From the NCBI RefSeq assembly GCF_000142905.1, contig NW_013657668.1, positions 420,492-484,491 on the forward strand: 64,000 nt of DNA, in the 5' to 3' direction. Below, in pieces: positions 42,287 to 54,191 of the stretch (its first letter is position 1; every line of letters starts with the position of its first letter). The position numbers and the translations under genes are program-made. Origin of the DNA: Thecamonas trahens ATCC 50062. Its lineage: Eukaryota > Protista > Apusomonadida. The notes under the pieces are model-generated. The model was not told the origin of the DNA, did no database searches, and worked only from the letters and a program-made list of their open reading frames with translations.

Positions 42287-44281
42287 ATGGCAGCCACACA
42301 TCCTGGATGGAGTGGGGGTGCCCCCCATGAGCCGCTCTCGCGAGTGGAGCTGCACATCTCGTGCAAGTACGTGGTGTGTGTAGCGGGGGGGGGGGGGGGG
42401 GCATGCGGTGGCTGAGATCAACCATGCTGTGCCTGTGTCCTGTGAGGAAGGTCGGGGAGGGGGAGGGGAGAGTGTAGGAATAACTTACGACTTACGAGAG
42501 TGGGAGGAATGGGGGAGAACAGAAACTTGCCAAACATGGATACGTTCTCCAAGTCGGACCCGATGGCTGTGGTGTACCTGGCGTCAGGAGGATCTTGGGT
42601 CGAGTACGACAGGACCGAGACCATTAACGACAATCTCTCGCCGGCGTTTGTCAAGGCTATCAACGTTGACTACTTCTTTGAAACAACACAGCACATCCGT
42701 ATCGCGGTGTATGACGTCGACGATGCGTCTGGGGGGCTCGCACAGCAGGACTTTCTCGGATCGTTTGACACCACGGTGGCGGCGGTGATGGGCGGGCGTG
42801 GGCAGCGAGTGACCGGGCAGATGAAGGACGCGCGCGGCGGGAGCATGGCGGCGACCATGACGGTGTCGGGTGAGGAGGTGACCGAGATGAAGCTCGAGCT
42901 TCAGTTGCAGCTGGCGGCGCGTAATCTCGACAAAAAGGATCTGTTTGGCAAGTCGGACCCGTTCTTTGAGGTCTGCAAGGCGCGGACCGGGGCGACGGCC
43001 GAGAACACCGCCGATGCCGCCATGTGGGTCCCGGTCATTCGATCTAACGTGGTGAAGAAGAACCTCAACCCAACGTGGGCGCCCATCCACGTTCCAGTCT
43101 CCAAGCTCGTCGGCTCGGACATTGAGCGTCGGATTCTGCTGCGGATCTACGATTGGAACAAAAAGTCCGAGCCGGACCTCATCGGCGAGGTCTCGACCAC
43201 CATCTCGCAGCTGGAGAGTGCCGGAGTCAACGACGGCTTTGAGGTCATCCATCCCAAGAAGCGGCGGAAGAAGAAAAAGTACCGCAACTCGGGCGTGCTC
43301 ATGGTGACCTCGTTTGCGCTCATCGAAAAGCCGTCGTTCCTCGACTATGTCGTCGGCGGATGCGACATCTCGCTCTCGGTCGGCATCGACTTTACCGCCT
43401 CCAACGGCAATCCGGCGACGCCGGCCTCGCTCCACTACATCTCACCGTACGAGCCGAACCAGTATGTGCGAGCGATCACGTCAGTCGGAGAGGTGCTCGC
43501 TAACTACGACTCGGACCAGCGGTTTGCCGCTCTCGGCTACGGTGCCAAGGTTCCGCCTGGCAACCAAGTCTCGCACTGCTTCCCGCTCACGCTCGACCCC
43601 AACCAAGTCGAGGTTGTCGGTGTCGAAGGCATTGTCCACGCCTACTACCACGCCCTGCACCATGTTTCGCTCTACGGGCCAACCAACTTTGCTCCCATCA
43701 TCCGCGCCGCCGCCGCTCAGGCTGGACGCCATGCCACTCAGGAGACGCAAGAGTACATGCTGCTTCTCATCATCACCGACGGCATTATCTCGGACATGGA
43801 CGCCACCACCGCCGCCATCGTCGAGGCCTCGTCGCTTCCGATGTCCATCATCATTGTGGGTGTCGGCGATGCTGACTTTGACTCGATGGAACTGCTCGAT
43901 GGTGACGACGTCCGCCTCTCGCACAACGGCGTCTTTGCTGAGCGCGACATTGTCCAGTTTGTGCCCTTCCGCGAGTTTGGCTCGGCTCATCCCGAGATGC
44001 TCGCCCGCGAGACTCTTGCCGAACTCCCATCGCAGTTCCTCTCGTACATGACCAAGCATGGCATCAAGCCAAACCCGCCGCTTGCCGCTCCTGCACCGAG
44101 CTACGGCTCCGTTTCCTCGTACGGCTCGGCAGGCTCATCCGCCGCTGCCGGACTGCCAGCCTACGGCGCCATGCCCATGGCTGCCACTCCAGCCTACCCG
44201 TCAGCGGCACCGCAACCATCGTACGGCTCCCAACCAGCGACTGCCACTCACGGAGCGCCGCCACCAACCTATGCTCCTTAA
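42287..44281 (+). CDS. CPNE: Copine (C2-C2-vWA); exon 1 42287-42366, intron 42367-42522
   Basis: SRVELHISCK|NLPNMDTFSKSDP, KKDLFGKSDPF, GIDFTASNG, GPTNFAP, ITDG, ERDIVQFVPF. Confidence 0.96.
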
Positions 44282-44975
44282 TAGACCTCGCCGCCCCGCC
44301 TCGGGCCGTTAAGGATTAACGGTACGGAATGGACAGTTTTGTCCATCGCGCAAGCCGCGCTCCGCGACGCTCCACAGATGTCGCAACGTCCTTGGATTGC
44401 TGTAAAAGCGCAGTACAATGTGTTACTGGCTGCCACAACAGAAAGCAGCCGGCAAGAGGTCCGCGGCCGCGATCGCTTACCATGAAGCTTCCGGCCAGCG
44501 AGGCAGTGGCATCGCAGAGCGGCTTGCTGGGGAGAGTGGCGATGACGAGCAGCCGCTGCAGAGGTGCGCTTCCGCTTGCGCGACGGCGCGGACTTGACCG
44601 GCAAGCTCGTCCTTCGCAAGACGTCCTCGCGCCCTCCCATCTGGCCGCTGTGTTCAACTCTGTCATGCTCAACTGCCCGGTCCTCGGGGTCGTCAACGAC
44701 AAGCTCCGCACCGTCCGTGCCCACTGCTCCTCCGGATCGGCGTCGTATGGCACCTCGCCCGCCTCGTCCATGCTCGTAGGCGTCCGTCACCGCGACGGCA
44801 ACTCGGGCATCCTTCAGGCAGGCGTCTACGACCCACCTCAAGCTGCAGGCCAAGCAGGCGCCGTCGCGCAGCGTCGGCTGGTGAGCTGCAAGTCAAGCAT
44901 CATCGAGTTGTTCACTTTGAGACGCGCGACAACGCGTCCGAACGACCGTACCGTAAAGGGTTAGGAGAAGAAAGG

Positions 44976-47281
44976 CTAGGAAACAGGCTGGAGCTCGGGA
45001 ATGCCGACAAACAGGTCAAGGGCATCGGGGTTGGCAAAGGCGGAGCGGTCGACCGCTGCGGGGTCGGCGCCGGCGAGGATGCGCTTGATGGCGACCTCGA
45101 CCTTCTTGCCGTTGATGGTGTACAAGACGTCGGCAATGGGAAGGATGACGGCCGGGACGTGGCGGGCAGAGAGCTGGGAGCGGATGGCCTTCTTGATGAT
45201 GAGCAGGAGGTCGTCGTCGAGAGCGGCGACGCCGTCAGCGAGCTTGACAAAGAGGACGACGCGTTCGTCGCCGCCCCACTTTTGGCCGACGACGACCGAG
45301 TCTGCGACCTCCGGGATGGAGTCCATGACATGGTAGATCTCCGCCGAGCCAAAGCGGACGCCCGAGGGGTTGAGGGTCCCGTCGGAGCGGCCGAGCATGC
45401 GGATGCCGCCGGTGGAGGAGGAGATGATGAGAAAGTCGCCGTGCGACCAGACGCCCGGGAACTTTGAAAAGTAGGCCTTGCGGTACTTGACGCCGTCGGG
45501 GTCGTTCCAAAAGTAAACGGGCATAGAGGGGAAGGGAGCGGTGCAGACAAGGTCGCCGCGCGTGTCGTAGACGGGATTTGCGTTTGCGTCGTAGGCAAAG
45601 ACGCGCATGCCGAGGTTGAGGCCCTGGATCTCGCCGCGGACGACGGGCTTCTCCGGGTTGTTGCCAGCCCAGCACGAGACGATGTCTGTGCCGCCAGTGA
45701 TGGAGCCGAGAACGACGTTGGGCTTGATGGCCGAGTAGACAAAGTCGAACTGGTGGTCATCGAGCGGGGCGCCGGTGGAGAGGACGGCGCGGAGCGAGGC
45801 GAGCGAGTGCGAGTCGCGCGGGACGGCACCGGAGCGCTCGACAGCCTCGAGGTACTTGGGCGAGACGCCAAAGACGGAGACGCCGACGCGGTCGATCATG
45901 TCAAAGAGGACGGTGGAGCGCGGGAAGAGCGGCGAGCCTTCCCAGAGGACGACGGTGGCGCCGACGGAGAGGCCCGAGATGAGCCAGTTGTACATCATCC
46001 AGCCGAGGGTGGAAAAGTAGAAGAGCTTGTCGGTGGGGCGGAGGTCGCCGTGGAGCATGTGTTCCTTCTTGTGCTGGAGGAGGGTGCCTCCGGCCGAGTG
46101 GACGAGGCACTTGGGCGTGCCGGTGGTGCCGGACGAGTAAAGAATGAAGATGGGGTGGGCAAAGGGGAGCTGCTCAAACGAGAGCGGGCGGGTGGTGGCA
46201 GCTTCGGCGGCGACAAAGTCGGCCCAGGGAGTGGCGTTAGCGAGGACCGGGTAGTCTGCAGGGGCGGCGGGGGCGTGTGCGGGGGGACAAAGTCGAGGAT
46301 GACGACGGCCTCGACCGAGTCGGAGGCGGCCTTGAGGCCCGAGACGACGGCAGCGAGCTTCTCCAGGTGGTTGTGGACCTTGCCATTGTAGCGGACGGCG
46401 TTGGCGGAGAGGACGACCTTGGGCTGGACCTGGACAAAGCGGTTGAGGACGCCCGTGACGCCAAAGTCAGGCGACGACGAAGTCCACACGGCGCCGAGCG
46501 AGATGGTGGCAAGGACAGCGACAGCGGCCTCGATGCAGTTGGGCAGGTAGCCGGCGACGCGATCACCGACGCCGACACCGAGCTTGGCCAGGGCGGCCGC
46601 CAGGATGCGGACGGCCTCGCGGAGGTCAGCAAAGGACATAGAGCGGTCGTCAAACTCTTCCGAGGCAAAGACGAGGGCGATCTTGTCGTTGTCGACGGGC
46701 GTGGTGTTGTTTCCGACGCGGGGGAAGAGGAGATTCTCTGCGTAGTTCATCTTCATGCCTGTGTGCGTGGAAGGAGGGGGTTGTGGGAGGGGTGAGGGGG
46801 TTGTGGGAGGGGTGAGGGGGTTGTGGGTGGCGGTGGCATGGGTGGTGGTAGTGGTGATTGGGGTGATGGATGATGGGTGATGGGTTGTGGGAGGTGGCGA
46901 TGGTGCCGTGCCGTGCCACCGTTTGCCATCCACGGGTGCCACGTGGGCGGGGGGGCGGGGGGGAGGGGGGGGCGGGGGGAAGGGGGAGGGGAGGGGAGGG
47001 AGGGGGATAGCGGGGAGTGACGTACCTGCAAACCACTCGGGGACATCCTCCATGGGAATAGAGGTGTCGAGGACGGTGGTGGCCGGGGACGATGCGGTAA
47101 TGCCCGTGTACTCGCGGCAAGAGTCCCAAAAGTCGGCAATGTGGTCCACTGACCACTGGTAGAGGCTGGCGTAGTCGGTGAGGCCGATGGCGTACTTGCT
47201 GTTGACGTACTCCCGGAACTGCGTCATCTGGCTCCGGGGATCGTACATCACTGCTCCTGTCGTCGTCGCGCCGTCAGCCAT
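44976..47281 (-). CDS. AACS: Acetoacetyl-CoA synthetase; intron 46759-47025, frameshift near 46283
   Basis: YASLYQWSVD, PEWFAG|MKMNYAENLL, ILYSSGTTGTPKC, GWMMYNW, GGTDIVSC, GRSDGTLNPSGVRFGSAEIY, NGKKVE. Confidence 0.95.
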
Positions 47282-48558
47282 GGTTGGTCGGAGGGGTGTC
47301 GAAAGAGTCGAGTGGCAAACAACGTGCGGTTTCGCGCCGCCCACCCGCCCACCCGCCCACCCGCCCACCCGCCTACCCGCCCACCTGACCACCTGCTTGG
47401 CCGTCGTTGAGCCTGACCTTAGTTGAGCCTGACCAACGTGCTCGCCCTGCTGCTGTCCGACATCGACATCGGCATCGGCATCGGCGCACATCGTCTTCGG
47501 CATCGGCCCACATCGGCACCGGCATCGGTCCTCAGCAGCATCGACAACATCCCCAGCAGCATCAGCGTCGCACACATCGCCATCATCCAAGATGAAGAGG
47601 CCATCGAGTACGTTGACCGCCGCACTCGGCTTCATCGACGTATCAAGAGGCAAGCACTCGGCATGAGACGGCAGAGTGAGGAGGGAAGCAAGTCGCGGTT
47701 GGGCCCAGAGAGAGAGAGAGAGAGAGCCTATCGCCCGATCGGTCGCAAACGGGAGGCAGGGGAAAAGAGCGGGGGCTGGACGTATGGCTACTGGTGGTTG
47801 GCGAGCGTGGTGGCAAGCGTGGCGGAGAGCGTGGTGGCGAGCATGGCGGCGAGCGTGGCGGCGAGCGTGGCGGCGAGGCTGCCGCCAGGTACTGAGGTGG
47901 CTGGTTGGGTCAACGAGGGCTATGGGGAGCAGCAACAGCGTGCATGGAGGAACCAGAGCTAATGATTAGGGAGCATGCCGGCCATAGAGTATGCAGCAGC
48001 TGCTCTTTGTCTTGTGTTGGGGCAAGGTTCAGGCATTCGGTTCTTGGACATGCTCTCCGTAGAAAACCGCCTTGGCGTGCCGGGACGCAGTCCGGGGCTC
48101 TAACACGGACAAGGCCTGTGAATAGAGGGTAGAAGGTGCTTGCGACGAAGTTGAAGAACGGTTCAACACGAATGCCGCAAAGTGGACATTTAAAGCTATG
48201 CTCTGGCTACGTTTCAACCGTCTATGGCGTATGCCTGAGTGTGCCCTTTCGGGTCTAGGCGAAGTGTGCCGTCGTTGCCGGAGGTGTACCGTCAAGTTTT
48301 CCATGTTCACGTAGAAGGAAGACGGCCGTACGACTTGTCTTTGCCTAGAGTTGAAGTAGGTTCTAGAGCTATCAAGGGCATAGCAGTGCTTGCCGTAGTG
48401 TTAGCTATGGATAGCTAGGTGTGTTGTAGCTCAAGGGCGCTGGGTTGGTCACGGTCCGTCAGTGTGGGAGGGGCGAGGAAGGGGGAGCTTTGCTCGTTGT
48501 TGGCTTTTCGTTCGGTGTGGCTTTTCGTTCGGAGAAGGGTAGTTTGCCACGCTACAAC

Positions 48559-49278
48559 ATGTCGGACAACGCTCTGAAGCTGCGCTCGCTTCCCGGTGAG
48601 GTTGGTGTAGGGAACAGTCACTGGCTGCGCATCCTCTCGCGACTTGTGTTCTTGACGTCGAAGACGAGCGTCCGGGGAGGTGCTCTCAAGAATGCACTCT
48701 CTTGTTGTAGCTGGACTCGCGATGAGGATAGGGCCAACTGTCACAAGGCTGCCATGTTCTTCAACAACACCCTTTGCAGCATGTCCATCACCAGCGACGA
48801 TGTAGCCGGGCTTGTCGCCTGGTTCAATCTCGAGATTACCGCGGACGGCCGCTTCAGCTTTCGCTCGTTGATGCAAATGATGCTCAGCGACTTGAGGCGG
48901 TCGCGCCGCTCATCGTACTATGCCCACAAGGAGAACCACAACTCGACTATCAAGCGTGTGGATTGGGAGGAGGAGACCAAGCTCCAGAAAACCGCGGAGG
49001 CTTGCGACATTGCCATCTCCAACCTTCGCATTGGTCTCAAGTCCGTCCGGAAGCGGAAGCGTGGCACCATCAGCAGCAAGGCTGGCCCGCCGGTGAAGCG
49101 GCGGAAGTCGGCCAAGTCAGCTGATAATAAGTTGCTCGGCTCCAGTGTGCCGTACGCCTCGCCGCCGCCTGCTGTCCTCAGCAAGCCCGAGATGGTGCCC
49201 GTTGATGGTGAGGCCAAGTACGTGATTGCCGACCTTGCCCTTTCTGATGACGACTTTGCCTGGTCTTTTCTTGCTTGA
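48559..49278 (+). CDS. Orphan hypothetical protein (239 aa) with bipartite NLS-like segment
   Basis: Non-repetitive, coding-like ORF; RKRKR..PPVKRRK; acidic-aromatic C-terminus. Confidence 0.5.
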   Translation: MSDNALKLRSLPGEVGVGNSHWLRILSRLVFLTSKTSVRGGALKNALSCCSWTRDEDRANCHKAAMFFNNTLCSMSITSDDVAGLVAWFNLEITADGRFSFRSLMQMMLSDLRRSRRSSYYAHKENHNSTIKRVDWEEETKLQKTAEACDIAISNLRIGLKSVRKRKRGTISSKAGPPVKRRKSAKSADNKLLGSSVPYASPPPAVLSKPEMVPVDGEAKYVIADLALSDDDFAWSFLA

Positions 49279-49952
49279 GACGGTAACGAGTCCGGCACGG
49301 ATGGCGGCAGCCGTTTCCGCAAGGCCAACTCACTGTGCGCTGCCAAGATGCGATAGTGGTAGCTAGTGAGTCTCCCCCCCCCCCCTCATGTAGCCGTATA
49401 GTCGTAGAACCGCCGAGGGCGCCCTCTTGCTTTGAATGTAGCAGGGGACGATCCGGCCGGACTTGCTTGCCAAGCCGGCTCCCTCCGTTAGCCGCATCAC
49501 ATTGCGTGGGGCATGTGTGAGTGGTTACGACAGCTTTTCGGGAGACGCTGGCTGTGGGCCGAGGGGGGGGGGATCGATGAGAGTGGGTGAGGCAAAGCCC
49601 ATGCCGCCCCAGCGGTCGGCGGACCTTGTCGATCCTCAGCTCGCGATCAATCACACTCGCAATTGGTGTCGGCCGCAGCACGACCGGGGCGGTAGTGGCT
49701 GTGGTCATACGGTTGGTGGCAAGCATCTCTCTTGCCCCACTCGGCCCACTCGACCACACTGAGTGTATGTTATGGGGTTAGGGGGGGGGGGGAGGAGGGA
49801 GTGAGGAGGAGGGGAGGGGGAGGATGGTGTGGCACTCACGCGAGGCGACAACCTGGGGCCGGGCTTGGGCGGCAGGGCGCGTACGGGACGGAGGAACATC
49901 GATCATCACGATCTAGAGGCACAAGTAGCGCAGGCGAGGATTGGGGTGTATC

Positions 49953-50270
49953 ATGGCTGATCCGTCACCGGCACTTCCGGAGAACAAGGGCCCGCGGCCA
50001 GCGTGCTTGTTCGACGAGCTGCCACCGTTGCACGAGCTGGCGGCTCGGACTATGACCATGGACGAGATGTTCCTCCTCCTTGACTGCTATCGGGTGCCGG
50101 CCGAGGTTGCCGGAGAGCTCATTGCGCTCGGTGTCAACACCATCGACAGCATTCTCAACCTTGATCACTCTGTTCAGGTTGCCCACTTTCAGTTTGAGCG
50201 GCGGCGGCAGCTCAACCTCTTCATGCGCAACTTGTTTAATGACCTGCATGCACCGGCTCCCCCGAGGTAA
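49953..50270 (+). CDS. Small hypothetical protein (105 aa), SAM-like helical domain
   Basis: LIALGVNTIDSILNLD..FQFERRRQL pattern; followed by an AT-rich 3' region. Confidence 0.45.
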   Translation: MADPSPALPENKGPRPACLFDELPPLHELAARTMTMDEMFLLLDCYRVPAEVAGELIALGVNTIDSILNLDHSVQVAHFQFERRRQLNLFMRNLFNDLHAPAPPR

Positions 50271-51558
50271 CATCAGAGCACAAACTGAGCACAACTTGGT
50301 GTTATTTTTTGTGTGGCATTGTTTCGTCCTTGCGGAGAAATGAGCTTCGATTCGATGCTCACTCGGCCTCACCGAGCGACGTAGTGTGACGTCTTCATCA
50401 TTTGGATCTACTTTGACGGCCAACCGCAAAGCCGTCGAGGATGCGACTATATGCAACCACTTCTCTCCGCTATCAAGTCTCATGTCGTCTGGACCATTCC
50501 ACTACCGCCGCTTCCATCGCAGTGGCAAGTCGTACCGAACGATGAACGCCAACAACGACGTCAACGTACGCCAGCTGCGGTCGTCCCTCACTGTGCGCAC
50601 CGCACCGTATTGTTGCTCGTATGATGGCGGTGATGATGTGTGTGACATGCAGGTGAAGAGCCTGGAGGTGGTGGCAAAGTGGAAGATGATGTATGCAGCC
50701 GACACCATCCCGGTCCCTTGTTTGGGCTCGTCGGATCTCCCGCCTCTCGCCGGTATTTCTTTCCGGAGGGCTTTTGCACGCCAGTGTCACTCACCGTATC
50801 GGTGAAGCCCCAGGTTGTTTGCGACACTCTCACTTTGCCTTCACCTGACTTGTTCAGCAAGCAGTCCATGTCCACGTCCACTTGCATCCCGCCGAACACA
50901 CCGAGCTCTCGAGTAGCGGCAGGCCGAGATGCAATCAACAACCAGTACGATCCAACCGCCGTCATCGGGCGAATTGTACCTGCCCAGCCGCCTCCACCAC
51001 CACCATTACCGCCTTTAGCCTGACCAGCTTGTGCACAATCTCGATCTCGCCGACTTGCTGCTTGCTACTGCTACATAAACCATGCGGTGTACTCGACTCG
51101 CGATGACCGATGCCATCACTTTGGCAGGCAGGTAATGGTAGGCATGAAGTGCGTCCTTTACCTTTGTGGTCTGCAGTGCGCGTGTAGCTCGGCCGCAGGG
51201 TCGGTATAGCTGCGGTTTGCGACACGGGGCAGCTCCTGCAGGTACACTTTGAGAAAACGCGCACATCTGTCCTCCTCACGCGCCTGTCCTCCTTACTCCC
51301 TCGCATCCGGCTCTTCCCACAGCTAGCAGCCTCTCCCAGCCCCTTGTGCACTCTCCCATCCAATCTGAGTCGTATACTCGCAGTATGTCGCGCTCTACCT
51401 CTGCCCAGCACCGGTAGCAGGCATGTCGCATTCGACGGGGCATACAGCGTTGTTCGGTGAGCGAGTGACAATCGCCGAAACCGACCAGTCCACACAGCTA
51501 ACGCACCCCCTCCCAATCCCCTCCCCTCTCCTCTCCTCGTACGCCGGGAACAGAGACC

Positions 51559-52500
51559 ATGCGCCAGCTGCTTGGTTACACAGGCTTTGACTCGAGCTCT
51601 GGGAGCGCGGGCATGGCGTGGGCAGGAGGCTTTGTGGGCTTTGGACTCTTGTTCGTCCTCGTCCTTGTCGGTCAGCACCTGCACCCGGCTTCCCCCTCGC
51701 GAGTCCTTGTCGGCTACGCTACAGGCATGGTGGGCGTGCTTGCTATCGGCCTGGCTGCTGCGGGAGTGACGCATGGCTCGTATCCGGATGAAGCTAACAA
51801 CTCGGCTGGGTGGGCGGTCTTCTGGAGGCTGGCCACGGTGTGTGTTGGCTCGGCTGGCGCAGCTGCTCTTCCACTCGCGAGTCACCTCGTCTGGCCGTTC
51901 CCGCCTATCTCGCTCTCTGCCCGCCCGTTCTCTGCTCCGCTCCGTGCATGGCTCCCGCTGGCGGCGGCGGGTCTTGTGGCGGTTGTCCATGGCGTGGCCC
52001 AGATGGTGGATCCCATGGCGGGCGTCGCGGGTGCGGTGCTCCTCGTTGGGGCCGCCGCCCTCGCAGCTGCTGCGGTATGGTCGCTCGTGGCTCCGCTGTG
52101 CTGTCCTCGCCTAGCGCCAGGCTTCCACTGCTGGCTCCGGGTGAGTCCGCTGCTTGCCGTGGCGCTGTGGATGATGGCCGGCACGATTTTCCGCGCCGTA
52201 CTGCAGGCCGACTGCGACGGCGAGGTCGCAGACGACTGCCCGCTCTCTGCGTCGTTCAACCACAATGCGCTCGCATACCTCTTCCTTCTCCTTGCCGAGC
52301 TCTCGCTCGTCCCACTTGCAGTTGTCCTCTACCTCCAGCGCGCCCCCATCGTCTGGGTCTCCGGCGCCGACGCCGGCGTGCCGTTCAAGCCCAAGCGGGC
52401 GCGCCGTTCGCGAGCAAGCTCCTCCTCCGACCTATCCTCCAACGAGTCCTCGTCCGACGAAACATCGTACTTGGCATCCAACGACAGCGCCCTTTGGTGA
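51559..52500 (+). CDS. Multipass membrane protein (about 7 TM) with C-terminal C..C P..FNHNAL motif; may have upstream exons
   Basis: Several hydrophobic helices; GVTHG and CPLSASFNHNALAYL motifs; an AACAG acceptor-like site lies just upstream of the ATG. Confidence 0.65.
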   Translation: MRQLLGYTGFDSSSGSAGMAWAGGFVGFGLLFVLVLVGQHLHPASPSRVLVGYATGMVGVLAIGLAAAGVTHGSYPDEANNSAGWAVFWRLATVCVGSAGAAALPLASHLVWPFPPISLSARPFSAPLRAWLPLAAAGLVAVVHGVAQMVDPMAGVAGAVLLVGAAALAAAAVWSLVAPLCCPRLAPGFHCWLRVSPLLAVALWMMAGTIFRAVLQADCDGEVADDCPLSASFNHNALAYLFLLLAELSLVPLAVVLYLQRAPIVWVSGADAGVPFKPKRARRSRASSSSDLSSNESSSDETSYLASNDSALW

Positions 52501-52906
52501 TGACGACAACAACACCAACGCTGGTCGTGCTGCGCCACCTTTGAGCGTCGTAAACATGCAAAACAAGGCACACAGCCCAAATGGAAGAAATGGAATGTCG
52601 CCTTTGGTTGTATGCCCCCTAAAAGCCACTAAGATGTCACATTTACTCTGCCGGCTTTGAGGCTGCCATTTCGCCAACAACCATTTTCTTGGATCACCAA
52701 TGCCAAACATCATGCCAACTTTGCTCAGCCCTCTAGTGGCAGCTCCATGTGCTGAGCGCGTTGTCGCCTAGCAACGCGGCGCCCGAGTCGGACCAGCCAA
52801 CTTGGGTGACTTCCCCAACCTCGCCGACGGCCACCCACCTTCCTTCACCACCACCCACCCCTCCACCACCACGACCGCCACACCTACACCCGCGTGCAAC
52901 CTAACC

Positions 52907-54169
52907 ATGGAGGAGCTCGACGCGTTTGTCAACCACGTCGCCGGGGAGAACGGGTGGACGGAAGACCAGACCAAGGACGTGGTGGTCATTCTCGTCCGCG
53001 AGGGCGTCAACTCGCTCTATGACCTCACATGCATGCATGAGATCGACTGGAGGGACATGGGCCTCCCTGTTGTCATGCGTCGCCATCTCATGACTGCTCT
53101 GCAGCAACTTGTCGCTGCAAAGGGCCCGCTGCCCAAGCCATACCTCACCACGCCGCTGCCCTCGCCTCGCGCAGATGACCCCACGCCGCTCATCCCCATC
53201 GCTCGCCCGGCTACAGCCGCCACAGCCGCCACGGGCGCCGCCGCCGCCGGCCCGAGCCCGAGCCCGGTCTCGGCCCCAGCTCCAGCCACCTCGACCGCAA
53301 CTCCGCCCATCTCCGCCATCGGATCCGTCCAGAACGCGTCGGCCCCGTCGCATCCGCTCGCGCGCTCTGCTGCTGCAGCCGAGCCTGCTCCAGCGGCTGG
53401 TGGCGCCGAGGACGAGACGGTGGCGCTGATTGCGGCAGTCTCGGCTTCGCTCTCGGCCGACGGTGCTGCTGACGACAACAATCAAGACGACGAGGCGCAA
53501 GCGTCCGAGTCGGGCTCGACGCCGCGGGTCGTCCCGTCGACTCCGCCGGCCATCCGCGCGCCCTCGCACGTCGACGTCTTTGCTGACGATGGGGAGGACT
53601 CGTGGCAGCCCGACGTCCACTCCCACGTCGCTGCAGAGGGCGGCGTCCTCCGTGACGCCGGCCACGGCACCACCCTCGGCGAGGTCTCGGAGCCCGCCGT
53701 CTCGCCCCCGCCCGATGCCGCGCAGCCGGCTGTGGCCAAGGCCAAGGCCAAGACCAAAACCAAGACCAAGATCAAGACCAAGAGCCGCAAGAAGCGCTCC
53801 AAGTCGCGGACCAACTCGGCCACGTCCGACGCGCCGCTTCCCGACGGCTGGGAGGTCAAGATCGATGCCAACACAGGCCGCAAGTATTATGTCGACCACG
53901 TCAACCGCAAGACCCAGTGGAAGCGGCCGACAGCAGCCAGCCCCGCCCCGGCGCCCGCACCCGCGCCCGCGCCCGCTCCGGCGCCTGCCCCTTCCCCCGC
54001 TCCGGCGCCCGCATCCAACCCCACCCCGGCTCCGACTCCGGCGCCCGCGCCTGCGCCTGCGCCTGCGCCTGCGCCCGCACCGCCGCCGCGCACCAACTCG
54101 GTTGCGCAACCGCCCACCGGCGAGAACACCCCCACTACCGACGAGGACGAGGGCTGCGTCATCATGTAA
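52907..54169 (+). CDS. SAM-like + WW domain protein ending in CaaX (CVIM)
   Basis: N-terminal [24 protein letters not shown]; [31 protein letters not shown]; (PA)n linker; CVIM-stop. Confidence 0.8.
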   Translation: MEELDAFVNHVAGENGWTEDQTKDVVVILVREGVNSLYDLTCMHEIDWRDMGLPVVMRRHLMTALQQLVAAKGPLPKPYLTTPLPSPRADDPTPLIPIARPATAATAATGAAAAGPSPSPVSAPAPATSTATPPISAIGSVQNASAPSHPLARSAAAAEPAPAAGGAEDETVALIAAVSASLSADGAADDNNQDDEAQASESGSTPRVVPSTPPAIRAPSHVDVFADDGEDSWQPDVHSHVAAEGGVLRDAGHGTTLGEVSEPAVSPPPDAAQPAVAKAKAKTKTKTKIKTKSRKKRSKSRTNSATSDAPLPDGWEVKIDANTGRKYYVDHVNRKTQWKRPTAASPAPAPAPAPAPAPAPAPSPAPAPASNPTPAPTPAPAPAPAPAPAPAPPPRTNSVAQPPTGENTPTTDEDEGCVIM

Positions 54170-54191
54170 CACCCAACGCCAGGTCGTCCGT

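Noticed and set aside
47423-47962. 179-aa + ORF upstream of AACS
   Set aside because: Built largely from short repeats (CATCGG, (GA)n, GGCGAGCGTGGC); no recognisable domain.
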